Shown: positions 13,890 through 27,779 of the stretch, one piece after another | Numbering within the stretch: position 1 is the first letter of the stretch | Layout of the letters: each line of letters opens with the position of its first letter | Assembly (NCBI RefSeq): GCF_009834535.1 | Contig: NC_045696.1 | Coordinates: forward strand, 62,064,001 to 62,128,000 | Origin: Camelus ferus | Lineage: Eukaryota | DNA length: 64,000 nt | Direction of reading: 5' to 3' | Notes under the pieces: generated by a model | What the model saw: only the letters and a program-made list of their open reading frames with translations | What the model was told of the DNA's origin: nothing | Databases searched by the model: none | Position numbers and translations under genes: made by a program

Positions 13890-16300
13890 TAAAAATTTAT
13901 AATAATAAAGAATCAGGCAGTATTAAATGCCATGAGGAAAAATATTTAAAAAGGCAAAAAGCCAGTGATGTTTGGAGTGAAGAAGTGCCTCCTACCTTAG
14001 ATAAGAATCTAGGAAGGCCCTCTGAGAAGGTAATAGATGAGCAGAAACCTGGAGGATATGAGGAAATGAACCATGAGAACATCTGAGGAAAGAATGTTCC
14101 AGGCAGAATGAACAGCAAGATTAAAGCTCTGAGACAACCACATGCTCGATGTATATGAGGAACAGGAACAAGGCCAATATAGCTGGAGCAAAGTAAGTGA
14201 GGGAACAGTGAGAAATGGGATTAGAGACACTGCCAGGGGCTAGACAATAAAGGGCCTTTTGGGCTATGGTAAATAAGGATTTTACTATAAATTGAACTGG
14301 AGGCCATGGGAGGAGTAAAATCAAGATACTGAAATGAAGTGACATTCTGTAAGGATGACTCTAGCTGCTGGGTGAAGAACAGATTGTGAGAGTAAAGAAT
14401 GGAGACAGGGCGACCAGTCAGATATCTACTGCTGTAATTTAGGCAACCAATTAAATAATCTGAATTAGCAGCTGTAGAAGACACGAGAAATGGTCAGGTC
14501 ATAAATATATTCTAAACACAAAACCAACAGAATTTGCTATTAAATTGCGTGTGGAGCGAACAAAAAAGGAAGAGAAGATGATTCCAAGAGTTTTCAATCT
14601 TCAGCATCTCAATGACTAGCACACTGAGTGAATAAGATGGGGCTGGGCAACAAAATTAGAAACTCTGTTTCTGACATGTTAACTTTCAGATACTCAATCC
14701 AAGTGGAGATACCAAGTAGGAAAGCTAAATATACAATTCTACTATACAGGGATTAGCTCTGGACTAAAGACATAAATACTGATGTCATTTAAAGGCACAT
14801 GATTGGATGAGATCACCTGAAATGTGAGTATAAAAAGAGAGAATTTAAAGGATTGATGCCCTGCGTTACTCTAACAATTACTGGTAAGAAGAGGAAGAGG
14901 CTACTGCAAAGGAAAGTGAGGCTGGAAGAATATCAGAAGAATGGTATTCAAGAGTTAAAGGAGAAAAAAATGTAAAGGAGGACCAGTCAGTTGCGTAAAA
15001 AGCTGCTTGTGGGGTCAAGTAAAATGAAGACTGAAGACTGAAAACTGACCACTGGATATGACAGTCTATACTCCAAGAGGTTTTTTGGTTGGTTATTTTA
15101 ATGGGAGGTATTATAGTGCGTATGTATGCTGATGGGAATAATCCAGTATAGAGGGAAAGACAGATAATGCAATGAAGAGAAGAGAGAATTTCAGACGTCT
15201 CTGAATAGTCAAAAGGACTGAGATCTAGTACAGAAGTGAAGGGTGAGATTTAAGAACACAGGTGGATCATTTATTTTAAAAAGCTGAAATACACAGTAAG
15301 ACCATCAATTGAGAATGAGGGCCAGGAAACAGATATCAGAAGTTTAATGTGCAGCTTTGGAGCTGATGTGAAGGAGACAGAGTTGCAACTAACCACAGTT
15401 GGATCTTATCAATGAAGTCACAGAGGAGCAAGAGAGTTAAGATTATGAAAGGCAGAGTTTACAGTCATGGACCAAGGAATTTGAACAAGGCAAGGAGGGA
15501 AGTTAAGAGCACAAGAGAAGTGATAGATAATAAAAAGTTGGACTGGAAGTGTTCAGAGGGTTAAAAAAAAAAAAAAAAGGAACTGAGCTCAAAAGAAAGG
15601 GAGTGCTAGTCAGTTTAAAATGCTTGCAACTGAGATTGTATAAGTGGTACAAGTTAATGGTAATGACATCTTGAATAAAACTACTTAAGCAGGTCACTCA
15701 AGTGAAAGAAAAAAACCCTAGAGGTAAGGAGATCAAAGAACTGAGAAGTCAAGATTTTGGATGGATCACACCAGGATATTGAAAATCAGTAAGAATGATT
15801 ACATGAATAGTAGGCAGAGAAAAGATAATATACCAGGTGTTTCAAATCATTGAGTAGAAGTGATTAGGAAAGATGCACGTAACTATAGACAAGGAGGGGA
15901 ATTAAATATACTGTCTGTCAGATGATATCTACATTTTTAAAAGAGAGGAGGTACAATTATCTATAAATATCAATAATAAGCAAGGAAGACATCAATTCCA
16001 TATGTTGGTTCCAGAGTGTATGGGGCGTGACAGATAAAAAATTCACTTTTTTGTGAGGGTATAGAAAAAAACAGTGTTCTCAAGGGAACGCCAGGTTTCT
16101 ATGAAAGAAAAACAGTGAGATGAACCATCAAAGAAGAGTTAAAGGATAAAGGATATTTTACTGATGACAAACTGGGAATTTCAAAGGGCAGAGTTAGAAA
16201 AACTGGGATGGGAGTTCAAAACAGATTAGCAATATACCAGAGTTAAACATGGATAAGGAAATAAGGAAGAGTAATCTGGAAAGCTTAAGACTTTTTGGAG
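13890..16300 (-). mobile_element. Long degraded LINE-2
   Basis: Purine-rich stretch with reverse-L2 motifs such as aagaatgttccaggcagaatgaacagc and gattggatgagatcacct. The right boundary is uncertain. Confidence 0.75.
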
Positions 16301-19110
16301 TGATTAAGGTTAAAGAGATGAAGAGTATAAATCTAGTCCTAATGGTATGCGTGGGGAGCTTGGTAAAAGGTGGATAATCAGTTAAACTTAGTTGCCTACT
16401 ACTGACTGGTTTAGCATTTACATAAGGAAGTGTTAGCAGAGGAGTCAAGGTTAGGGAATAATTGGCAGTCTCACCAACAATTTGAGGTGCTCTTTGGGGC
16501 CCCTCCCTTAAATCCTGCTATTGAAGGTGTTGAGATATGTGATTCTTTAAAAAGTATAGTTTGCACTTATTCAGTCAACACTATTTACTGAATGATTGGA
16601 TGAACTACACTATCCCAGGTACTATTATTCCTATCTAATCTGAATCTGTCCAAAGACTATTAAAATTAAACAATATAAAAATAAAATAATAATATAACAA
16701 AATAATAATAGCTGCCATGCTGTGTTCTAAATATGTTACATAAATTTAACCATTTAATACAATTAACTCAATGACGTTGATGCTATTATCTTCATTTTGG
16801 GGACAACATACCCAGTGCATAGCTCTAAAAACTAAATCCTTTATAATCCAGAATTATAAACAATTACAAAATAAACCTTTTAGGACAAATAGTATTCTTT
16901 TTATACAAATTTAGCCTATTTATTTTTCTGGCATCTGAACACTAGGCATTTACCTGAACAGTGTTTTCCTGTATTTTAACTACAACAGAGTTTTTCCTCT
17001 AAAAAGTGTATTATTCAATTCATGTGACTAATGTCACTCTTGTTAAAATTTCATTGTTCTACTTCAATTATGGTAAGTCATCATGTCTGTTCCATTCACT
17101 CCTAGGAAGAGAATTTTGCTGTTTTCAGCTTAATGTGACACGTCAATTGTCTGGCAGAGGGGGAGGTCCTATTTGAATATTTATAATGATCCGTGTTAGG
17201 GATTTTGAAATAGTTCAAAATATGGAAACAGATGCTAAATACACATTCAATGTGACCCACCACATTACAGCTGTTCAAAGTTAATATTACTGCCATTCTC
17301 ATTAATAAATACTGACATCACCAAGGAGATAATCAAGTAGCAAAGCCTAGAAGTACAATGCTAGAGTTCTTCAAAACCCTGCTGAACATCAAAATTGGTC
17401 TTAAGATTGCAAAAGAGCTGCAAAAGAGCTGCACTAAACAGGACAGGGCAGATTGGCAACATATGATCCTAAATGCAAGAATAGGCATGATAATAAGTAG
17501 ACCACATTTTCTATATTATAATGACTATTCAAAATTAAGAACATTAGTATGAAGCCCAAAATAGAAAAACTTACACCAAAGTAAAATAATTCACAAGAAA
17601 CTCATTTTAACTTAACACCGAAAACAAACAAAAAACCTCACAATGTAAACTTTTGGGGATACAGCGAAATGACAAAAATTAGAGATAGTTTGTAAGCTGC
17701 ATGGTTATCATCACAGAATGAAGATTCAAAGGGGTGAGGAAATCAGGTACATGAGGGATTTGTGTGGCTTAAGGAAAATATGATGAACGGAGGGGAAGAA
17801 AAGGGAAGTGGAGGAAGAAATGGCTACTGTGAGGAATTAAAGGCACTTATCATGGCAACAGAATGGATTAAATAAACGTAGGTACCCAAGAGAGTTCAGA
17901 TTAGGTGCCATAAATTAACAAGGTTCCATGTGACTGAAATGGAAATTAATTAATCAATTCCATAAATAATTCACTATGCACCAAGTATACAGCAAGCCCT
18001 ATCCTAGAAGCTGGGAGTCTTGTGTAAGTTTATAATCACTTGACTTCCTTAACATCTTAAAAAACATTGATTACTTCCTACTAAGTTCCACATATTACAG
18101 TAGAATCTGACACAAAATCTTAGTAATGAACACAAATATCTCAAATACATGAACAATTTAAGTGAATCTATAAAGTTAAATTTTCTTTTATTTATAGAGA
18201 ATATTTGGTGTGATATTAAATCAGAGTAGTTACTTTCAAATTAGTAAAATTGTATTTAATAAAAACTCTAAATTGCTAAAAGTATCATGCATCATGGTTA
18301 TAAGGAATTAGATTCAAAGTTAATCTTGCTATCAAATCTTTGAAAAGAATATTTCTGACAGTAGAGAGATAGGTACCTGGTAACCACTGATTCTATTTAT
18401 CAATCATGGAATAAAACACTATCATACATATATATTCATAGGTATACAGCATATGCTCAATAAATTATGAAATTTCATTAATCTACTTTGTTTTTTTAAC
18501 AATATACAAAAATCCTTTGGTGCTATAAAATAAAACTGCCAGCCACGAGTCCGTAGATGAAACAGAAAAATATATCTAGCATCAAGTAAACTCTATGTCT
18601 AACATTCTTTCTCAGTCCTGTTGCATTTTATCCTGTAAGATGAATTCCAATAGTTACAACAAAAGACGTGACTATACAGAATTTCCAACTCATCAGTGAA
18701 AAAAGTAACACGGAATGGGAAAATGACACGTTAATATCCCAGAACAGGAGTAATAAAAGCTAAGATCTCTGACCTAATGTCTACATTTACAAAGAAATAC
18801 AAAGGTAATGAAAAAGCAAAAGTAAGTAATGGGAAGAGGTCTGAAAGAAATAAAAACCAAGTCATTTGTCAATGTACACAAGTGATCTGAACCAAATGGG
18901 AGGAAGATAAAATTTTAAATGGCCTTGCAGGATCAACTGCAAATAGAGTTTTTAATAAAATTCTATTTTAGTACAACACAATAGCAACTTTTTTGGTCCA
19001 ACTCCTAAGTAACTATTATGTAATTCCATAGTTTCAGTAGTTTTATATGTAAACTATTTTGCTTGTCGTTCATTTGTATGCCCTTTATAAAATGAATTAT
19101 ATATCAATGG

Positions 19111-19112
<2 letters not shown>

Positions 19113-19152
<40 letters not shown>
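19113..19152. repeat. (GT)20 microsatellite
   Basis: Uninterrupted GT dinucleotide run. Confidence 0.98.
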
Positions 19153-19157
<5 letters not shown>

Positions 19158-20584
19158 CATATGTATTAGTGTGTATTTAAAGTTTTTAACATATCTTTCT
19201 TATTGACAATGAAAAATATCACTTAATCTACAATGAATAACAATGCCAAGTTTTACTCTCTGTGTCCCTTTTTGGTATATGTAATTGTAGTCAAAATCAA
19301 GTTAGTTAGATTCTTGAGGCAGCATTCATTCTAAGAGTTAAATCAGTTGTTGCCTCTGAATAAGTTTTGATTTTAAGTAACCCGCACTGCCTACATGAAA
19401 TCAATAAATGACTCTTTTTCGCCCAGTAATTCCATTTCTCTCAAACATGTAAGAAAAACAAGTAGAATATTTTCACATAAGAAATTTGACAGTATTTAAA
19501 AATAAAAACTATTGAAAGACAATTCTAGTAATCAAAAACAAGAAAGAAGCTGTTGACAGTTACTTTATACTTATAGTGCTGCTTCTAATTATTAAAAAAA
19601 CAAAAGAATAGTTTTAAATGAATTTGTTTTTAAAAGGCCCCATTAGTTTAAATGCTATTGATGTCAAAGGATTACAGCATTGTCACCTTGTTTTTAAATT
19701 AGACTATTTCTTTCATTTTTTAGTAAAGTTGAATGAACATCTACTAAAACCATGTTTTAAAATGCAGAATTTCCCAACCCTCTTTTAATACCACACAGGT
19801 ATTGCACTCAAATTTTTATTAACTCTGTATTTTCCTCATAGTTTCAGACTCATCTCCTCAAAAAGAAGTGGTTTTATGTGATTTTTGTCTTTTTAATTTG
19901 GGAGACTTTTAGTGTTTGTTCATCTTCTTAAACTGTCAATTGAATATTTGAAAAACATTCCTATAATCATGTAATTACACAAGTTTACTGCTTTCAAATT
20001 AACCCTAGATAATATATTTACAGAAATGGAAGGATTCACTGAATTCCTTGAATAAACCATAATTTAATAACCTTAAGATATCAGTATATACAATAATAGA
20101 CAATTGTATTCAATTAAATCTATTCTCAAAACACTAGAAAATAAAAATATTTCAAAATACCTTGTTTCTTTACTATAACAATCTCCCTCAGGTTATCTAA
20201 TGACATATAAAAGCTAAACAAACAAGTATTTTCTTTGGTCAGATAGCATACTTTATTTAACACAGTCTGAAAATAAGGAGACAAGCATTATTAATTTACT
20301 TTAATTTATGTATCAATGGCTTTATATTTTTAGAGAAGTCATTCAACAGAATCTGAGACTGTTTTGTTTGGCATTACATAAGAGCAAAAGGGAAAATACT
20401 TTTGTTTCCCCTTTCGTGCTAAAGACCTGCATAGATGGGATGAAAACATACATATCTGCGCATCCAAGGTTTTAGTGCGTAAGACTATATATTTTAATAA
20501 TAAGAAATCTATACTAATACATTTTTGCAAAGCAAACATGAACCAAAAATATACTGAAAATAATTTCAACAAGTGGTATGTTAC

Positions 20585-20818
20585 CTGGGTGGAGCTGGTG
20601 GCTACCGAGATGCAGTCAATAAAGCTGTGTCTTCGAGTGAAAAATGCAACTATCTGCTGCCAGCGTGAAGGTTCTGGCTCAGCTTGCAGTTCATCTGATG
20701 AGCCCTTTTTTGCCCAGTGTTTCTGCTTTGGGCCTACTGAGCCATGGCTAGAGCTAGTATTGCCTCCTCGACTGGCGCGAGAGTACAGAAGTGTGTTGTT
20801 CCCGAAAATGTAATTCAT
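20585..20818 (-). CDS. DLG1: DLG1 alternative first coding exon (78 aa, L27-less short isoform)
   Basis: ATG at 20818 (gcagagATG), 234 nt, phase-0 donor CAG|gtaaca. MNYIFGNNTLLYSRASRGG...CISVATSSTQ matches the N-terminus I recall for short human DLG1 isoforms. The ORF-track call 20339-20845 overruns into UTR and intron. Confidence 0.92.
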
Positions 20819-21250
20819 CTCTGCAGCCCTGCAGGTGGTTGCCAAGCAGTCTTACTTCTCTACCAGCTGCTGAGTGGTGAATGATCGGTAAAAACTGCAG
20901 CTAGAATTACAGCAGCATCAATTGTAGATCAGGGAAAATAAAAACCTTGAGAAATGATGCTCATTTTCTCTGTAACTTCTTCCCATGAAAAAGCTTGTAT
21001 CTTCCCTCTGTACCTGTTAGCTGTATGATGGCTGAGTTTATATTTGCAGACAAAAAAGACGGCATAAGGTGGATTTCTTTCTCATGATTATTTTTTCACC
21101 AGCGTCTGCAGGAACCAAAAGCTGTTTCTTTTGTTGGCTGATAACTAGACGGACTGAAATCCAGGAAGTGAGGTCGATTAGCAGGTAAAGAAGGATATTA
21201 TATACACTAGACTACCAAGACCCTTTGGGGCTGCCTGATTTAATGCACTG
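20819..21250 (-). promoter_or_regulatory. Putative internal promoter / 5' UTR of the MNYIF first exon
   Basis: Repeat-free, locally GC/CpG-enriched stretch directly upstream of the ATG, with ETS-like CCAGGAAGTG at 21161-21170. The TSS cannot be determined from sequence. Confidence 0.6.
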
Positions 21251-21838
21251 GGTGGAAAACTCTGGATTACCAAGTTTCAATCACAGTCTGAAGTAAAATC
21301 CAATGGCATCTTCACTGCTTAAATAAATTATAAATATGAACTGAATAAAATACAAGAGGATTTTCTCTGCTAACAGTTCTGTTTAAAATAATTTTATTAA
21401 AGGAGACTTTCATTTACATATTAATTTCTACATCAGAAAGGCACTTATATTAAATAGAACTATGGTTTAAAAGGTACTGTTTACATTAAACTGAGGATCT
21501 AATGATAGAAATCCATTTGAAATGTAGCATGATCACTTTATGTATGTATTGGTTTTAAATGCTTTAATTGAGTCTGAAGACAAAAACAGAGTAATTAGCA
21601 AAATAAGTATTTGGCTTCTGGAACTTTTGTGATAAAAAAGAACTATTATCAGCATCAGCTCTCTCACTATAAACATTAAATTAGGAACTGGTAAAAATGT
21701 AAAAGAATTAAATGTAAATTTTTTGTTTTACAGCCAGTGAAACATGTTTTATCCAACACTACATAAATAATACTCTGGTTCACAAAATAATACTGTATGA
21801 TTGCTAAACAGGTATCTTCTAACATCTAATATCTAGGT

Positions 21839-22011
21839 CTGTTTTTCTCAACACAGTAGTCCATCTCAGAATCACCTAGGGTGCTGGTTAAAAAAATGCA
21901 GACTGGTAACCCTCTCCATCAGACTTTTTAGAGATAAGGGAGATCTGGGAATGTTCATTTTTAAAAAGCCCCCTAAGAGACTCTTAAGTACCCTCAAGTT
22001 TGAGAACTACA
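21839..22011. mobile_element. MER5-like DNA transposon
   Basis: ttctcaa...cagaatcacctaggg...aaaatgcagact...aagtttgagaactacag. Confidence 0.75.
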
Positions 22012-24009
22012 GACTCCTAAGTCTGTCCTCTTAACACTATGCTACATTAGTATATAATACAATATATGGTAACTTAAAAATAATATATGAATAAAAATGC
22101 TACTTAATAATTTACTAATAGTTGAGTAATTCAATTTTTAAGTTGATATAAGTACATAATTCCCAACCTCAGTCATGAATATTTTTTCAGATGTGGACGG
22201 ACAAAATCATGCTATTTTTTGCTTACCAGCATCAACTAAATGCAGCCTACTAGAAAGCAGCATTGGCAAACTACAATCTCCAGGTCTACTGCAAATCCTG
22301 ATTCAGCAAGAAAAGATGCTAATGCTGTCTCTATGATTCCATCTCTAAGATACAAACAGAAGCCCAATAAGGGTTGAGAGTCATGTGGGATTCTTGGGAG
22401 CAAGATATTTTCTGACAGATTATAGCAAAATTTGGTGCTTCTTCCCAAGGACTGTGCAGGCAGTGTTTGGCAGTTTTACCTACACAGATTGGTCTTATCT
22501 ATTTGGAGTGGGAGAATAGACGAAAACACTGACAGCAGAGAGAGAACTAAGAATCCTCTCTGAAGGAAAGAAAATGAAACCTACTGAAAATAAAAAAATA
22601 AAGATTTACTATGGACCAGATACTTAATAAAAAACTGATTAGTATGGTTTATACAATGTTGTAGTAATTGGTTTGGCCCCCAAGTATGTGCCTTGATCCA
22701 CAGCTGATGAAAACCTGGGGTGGGAGGAACCCTAAAATTGATATAGATTCTGTTACTCTGAATTGGTATGGATGAGGATATTGAACAAATGTGAATGCAA
22801 ATATCCTACTCAAGCTGCAAACAGTACCAACACATATGGAATAGTAGCCATTCGTGTACAATAATTTCTTACGCTAGAGAGCCAAAGAGCTTGAGAACAA
22901 TCAAAAGTTGATAGAACACTCCAGGCCACATATCCTGAAGACAGGGAAGAAATACTTCCCCATGTGTAAATTGCCTGTTCAAATCCACTGACATCAAGAA
23001 AGCAACTTTGAGATTTGCGAAAGGTTTCTTTATGAAAATGTCCCATTACCTGAGCTACGGAAACCTAGGATCATCTCATCAATTGCCTAGTAGTCAATAA
23101 CACATACAAAACCATGAATGTAGTATATTACGATTGGTTTCATATAATTTGACTGGGAGGCAGAAGGCAACCAACTCCTCACCTATCTCTGCTTTAAAAT
23201 AACCCTTCTCATGTAGCAGAGCTGAAGGATCAATTCTATTCCATTCAAACAAAATTTAAATTCATTACAAAACCTGAGAAATCTATTTAAAATAATGAAT
23301 TTTAAAAAATACTACAAATGTTTAAATCACAAAAACACAGTAAGATTTTAATGATACATAAAGAAGTAACATTTTTTCTGCAGTCAAATGCTCTAAAACT
23401 GAGCTATATTTCCATACCTAACATTCTTTTTTTCTGTATTTTAATTTTTCTTTTTCACAGAAAGATAATAATATCATCTACAGCAGAACTCTAAAGAGGA
23501 GAAAGTGTAAGTAAACTAAATATATCCATTTCATGGATTATTACATAAAGTATGATTATGAAAAATTTATGACTGCGAGAAATGTTTATTTTATAACATT
23601 AATGGAAGTAAAGACAGTTAAAAAATTTATATGGGATAGGCCCTCAATTATTTGTATACTTTCTAAACTCTCAGATAAACCCAGAAGTCCTCAGGTATAG
23701 TAACAAAGGCAATGATTAAATAATTTTAGTGAAAAATTTTAAAAGGTTGAAAGATGAGAGGAAAAACAATACTGAAACTCTAAAATACTAAGAGAAAAAA
23801 AAAATACTAAGTAACCACAGAGCCAACGTACTATAAATGCAATGTAACAAGCATTTTCTGTATCTTTTATCTTTGTAATTTGGCCTGTTAAATTTCAAAA
23901 CATGCAACTGTACTAAGTTAAGACAAGACTAACCTAAGAAGATGGTTAACACAGATTTGTTATGTACCTAGTAAAACTGATTATACACATACAAATCCCT
24001 TCTGTATGA

Positions 24010-24026
24010 GCACCACCTAGTGGTCA
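24010..24026 (-). promoter_or_regulatory. Candidate CTCF motif
   Basis: Minus strand TGACCACTAGGTGGTGC; one mismatch to the CCASYAGRKGGCRS core. Confidence 0.5.
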
Positions 24027-27000
24027 CATTGTATGCAAACTGTGTGCTCAACTTTGTACACCAGACCATACAAAAAAGATAAAATTCAACGATATTTTAG
24101 TATGTTCCAGAGATGTGAAGACAAAGCTGATTTCAAGAAGTACCCATTATGTACTCAAAATGGGAAAGATTCTATTCCTGTAGCATTTAGTTCAACAAGC
24201 AAATGTTTGCTTACATCCATTCTTTTGCTACCCCCATTTCTCCCAATATTTGAAAAACTACCAATTGCTGCTGCTGATTTCATTTGATAGTATTCTCAGT
24301 ACTACTGAAATGAAATATGCCCAGGCTAGATGATACACTTATTTAAAATAATTATCTGCTCACATGCCCTGTTCTATCTTCAATTTCAAGTCCCTCTTAA
24401 CTATGTTTACTTTGCACATATTAATTTAAACATAATTTTCCTAGCCGTTGAAGACCAAAGCAAAATATGAACTATTTTATTTATTCAATGATCACTGCAA
24501 CCATAACCCATTAAAGCCATGCCACTCTTGTCACTTCAACTATATTTAAATCTATACTGAAAAAACCTGAGGTTTTATTTGTTTATTTGTTCAAGTTATT
24601 GTTCTGACCATTTTTCCTAATTCTTCGATCATTTTCAGCTTTAGGAATCTTGACACTGTTATTAGTACCATACTACTGTATTTAGAATTGTTTAAAATCT
24701 AAACTTACTTTAAAGATTCTTATATACCACAAAAATTTACCCACTATGTCCTTTTCTTCCACATTAGGATTTTTCACCATATCACCAATTTCTTTCTTGA
24801 CACTGTCCAGCACTGCCAAGAAACTTTCCCTTTAGAGTCTTAAATCATAATTATTTTTAGGCCAAGTCCTGAATAAAGTAACTCTCAATCACTATCTTAT
24901 TTCATTCATTATTTCAGTAATGAGAATCAGCACCAGCGCCACAAAAAACTAATGGATTATTTCATAGCATGTTTCATGGTGGGAAACCCTTCATAGAGCC
25001 ACTCATCAGCTGAGGATCAAGGTCCTTTACACCTTGTCCTCGTTCCCTAATGAGCAGCCTAAACATCAGCTACAGTATCGTGAACTTTCCTGCATTTTTA
25101 TGTTTTCCTCATACTATCACCCTCCTACTGTACTTATTTTCTCCAGTAACTGCCTTCTCTGAACTGGCACCTTGTACACATCCTTCAACACCTTGTCCAA
25201 ATGTCAACTTTCTTTCTTCAGAATACATCAAGAATTTAATTTCTCTCTTGATTTTTCATGTTACATCATACTGTGTAATAACTCTCCATAAAAAATAACA
25301 ATCACTGAAGTCTAACAAACTTACTGGCATAGAACAGATGTTTAATAAATGCTAAATGTATATTTGATGAACAAAACTAATATTCTAACAGTTCATTTTA
25401 ACGCAATCATCTATTAATATTATTAACCATTGGCGTTTATAAGAATTACGAAGAATAAAGCAGGGCCTGATTTACATTCTACTCAGCAAACTGCTGCTAT
25501 TCAAAGATAATTTTCAAATTACAAAAATAATTCATATACTGAGTTCTATGTATAGTACAATACTTACTTGTTTCACTCCAAACCACAATACTATGAAAGT
25601 GGGAAAGCTCTCTAAATTGGTTTTCTTAAAAAGTAATCTTATTTATATTTTAAGTAAAATATACTTCATTGCTGACCTTCCTAAAACATATGCAGTTATT
25701 TGTAAAAATTTGAAAGCATTCTCATATAAAAACAGCATTCTTATGTATAACTTGCCTTCTTATGTAAAAACAACTTTTTTTTTTTAAATTTGGTTTTCTA
25801 ACAGAAAGATAAGGAACCCTAACCATTCTGCTAGTATGATATTCCACTCCTAACTATTTCACTCCTCAAATTTTAACCAATGCATGAAATAGGAGAAGCA
25901 GGAAGAATTATCACAAATGGGGCAGCTTTAATAATTCTTAAATTACATTGTATCAGAATATAGTCTGTCAAAAATCCACCTATCAAGATTTCTGATCCAG
26001 TAATTTGACTTCTGAAAATCTGCCCTAAGAAACCAAACATACTTTTTATGCCCCAAGGTTATTCACTGAAGCCTTCTTTACAAAATGCAGTAAAAATGGA
26101 AATAACAGATAGCAAAGACCAGAAATGTTCATCAAATTATTCTAGGTAATATTATGCATCAAGTTTTAAAAAAATTAACATGGGAAAATGTGTAAAACAA
26201 GTTTATAATAGGAAAAGACTCAGTTAAAAAAAAAGTTAAGACATAAAGTATGATTTAGACATAGATGAAAGGAAGTCACATAATTTCTTCTCCTGGAAAT
26301 GAAAATCCTTATCTCTTCAGTCCCTAAATATAAATCAGAGAGACAGCAAGCCAAATGGGGAATACAATGAAGACACCCAACTACCTAACCTAATTGCACC
26401 AGAAGCAATTTTATAAATATATATATAACTGTTTCAGAGATTAATGCTATTAATATCTAATAAAATAAAACAAAATGAAAAAGAACAAGAGAATGGAGTG
26501 TAAGGATGGACAACTCAACTACTTTTCAATGAGATCAGCTGAATTATTACCAAATACACTAAGATGCTTTGATACTTTCTCGATTTTACCAAAATCTGTT
26601 AACAAAGATTTATATACAAATACTCAAAACTGCCACTTCACTTAGGCAACAGTAAAACACCAGCAATTGTAAAATGTATGACAATGTCAGAAAAGATAAA
26701 ATGTGAAAAAGATGTGTTTTTATAACTGATGGTGGATATTTATTCTCAATAATGTACTCCTTTAAATAAGCCTCTGTCAAATCTGCCTTTAAAAAGCTGT
26801 GGGGTTATTATGCAGTAATTAACTGCATGCAAAGGACAAGAGCATTTTTAAAGCAGATACCAAAAGAATCAGGCAAAACTGACTTCATTCTCTTTTGGTG
26901 AGGAAATCAGGGGAAAAAAAGTCAGATCAAGGAAGCAAGTAAGAATCTTACAGAAGTTTCTTTTTCAATAGTTGAAAATATTTAAGTCCCAATGCAGAGT

Positions 27001-27094
27001 GAGGATTAAATAAAGAGATATCAGAAATTTAATTTAAAATATCTCAGACAGTAAATAAATATGTGTATAGTGGTTCAGTTAAGCTACATTCTAG

Positions 27095-27270
27095 CAGAGT
27101 GCTTCTCAATAGTGGCTATCCACTAGAAACACCTGGAGAACTTGTAAAAATCCCAAAGGCCAGACTGTACCCCAGACTAATTAAATCACAGTCTCTGAGG
27201 TAGCACTCAGATAGCAATTTTAAAACCTTCTTAATGATTCCAATGTCCAGCCACAGCGGAGAACCATTAC
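27095..27270. mobile_element. MER5A-like DNA transposon
   Basis: gtgcttctcaa...cacctggagaacttgtaaaaatccca...gattccaatgtccagccacagcggagaaccatt. Confidence 0.8.
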
Positions 27271-27779
27271 TCTATGGGCAATCAGTGTCCTAATCAGGAA
27301 TCTACATTTCTAGGTCCGCTAACATTTAATTATAAAGTAAATGGCTGCAAGAAGATTTCTGTTATATTAATCTTTGATCAACATCAAAAGTTTTCCCAAT
27401 GATCATAATGAATGAAATGGGCTGTCACTGGTGAAACTCATTATATTTCAGTTATATGGACTGGCTAAATCAATTTAGGGACACAATCCACCCCTGAATA
27501 AGGGAAAGAAAAGTCTCTGAAGGGGCTTATATCCTTAGGGATAGCATTTTAGATTTAATCTCTAAAATGTCTGGAAATTCTGGGTAACAAAATCTTGTCT
27601 CTGGTATATTCTTTTATTTGCCAAGAGTGAGAATCATACACAACACAGAGAGTTGAGGCTTCATCATATTTAAAGAGTCTATATAAAATACTTTATACAT
27701 AACCTGGCTGTTTAAAAGTCAGCTTGTGTCAGAATCTGCATACATACAGAAGTAACTGCCAAACTCTCACCAGAAGACT

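Noticed and set aside
20339..20584. C-terminal extension of the 168-aa ORF
   Set aside because: It is read-through past the CAG|gtaaca donor into intron, and homology stops at SSTQ.
20475..20813. 112-aa plus-strand ORF
   Set aside because: Antisense shadow of the DLG1 exon with a non-ATG start and no recognisable homology.
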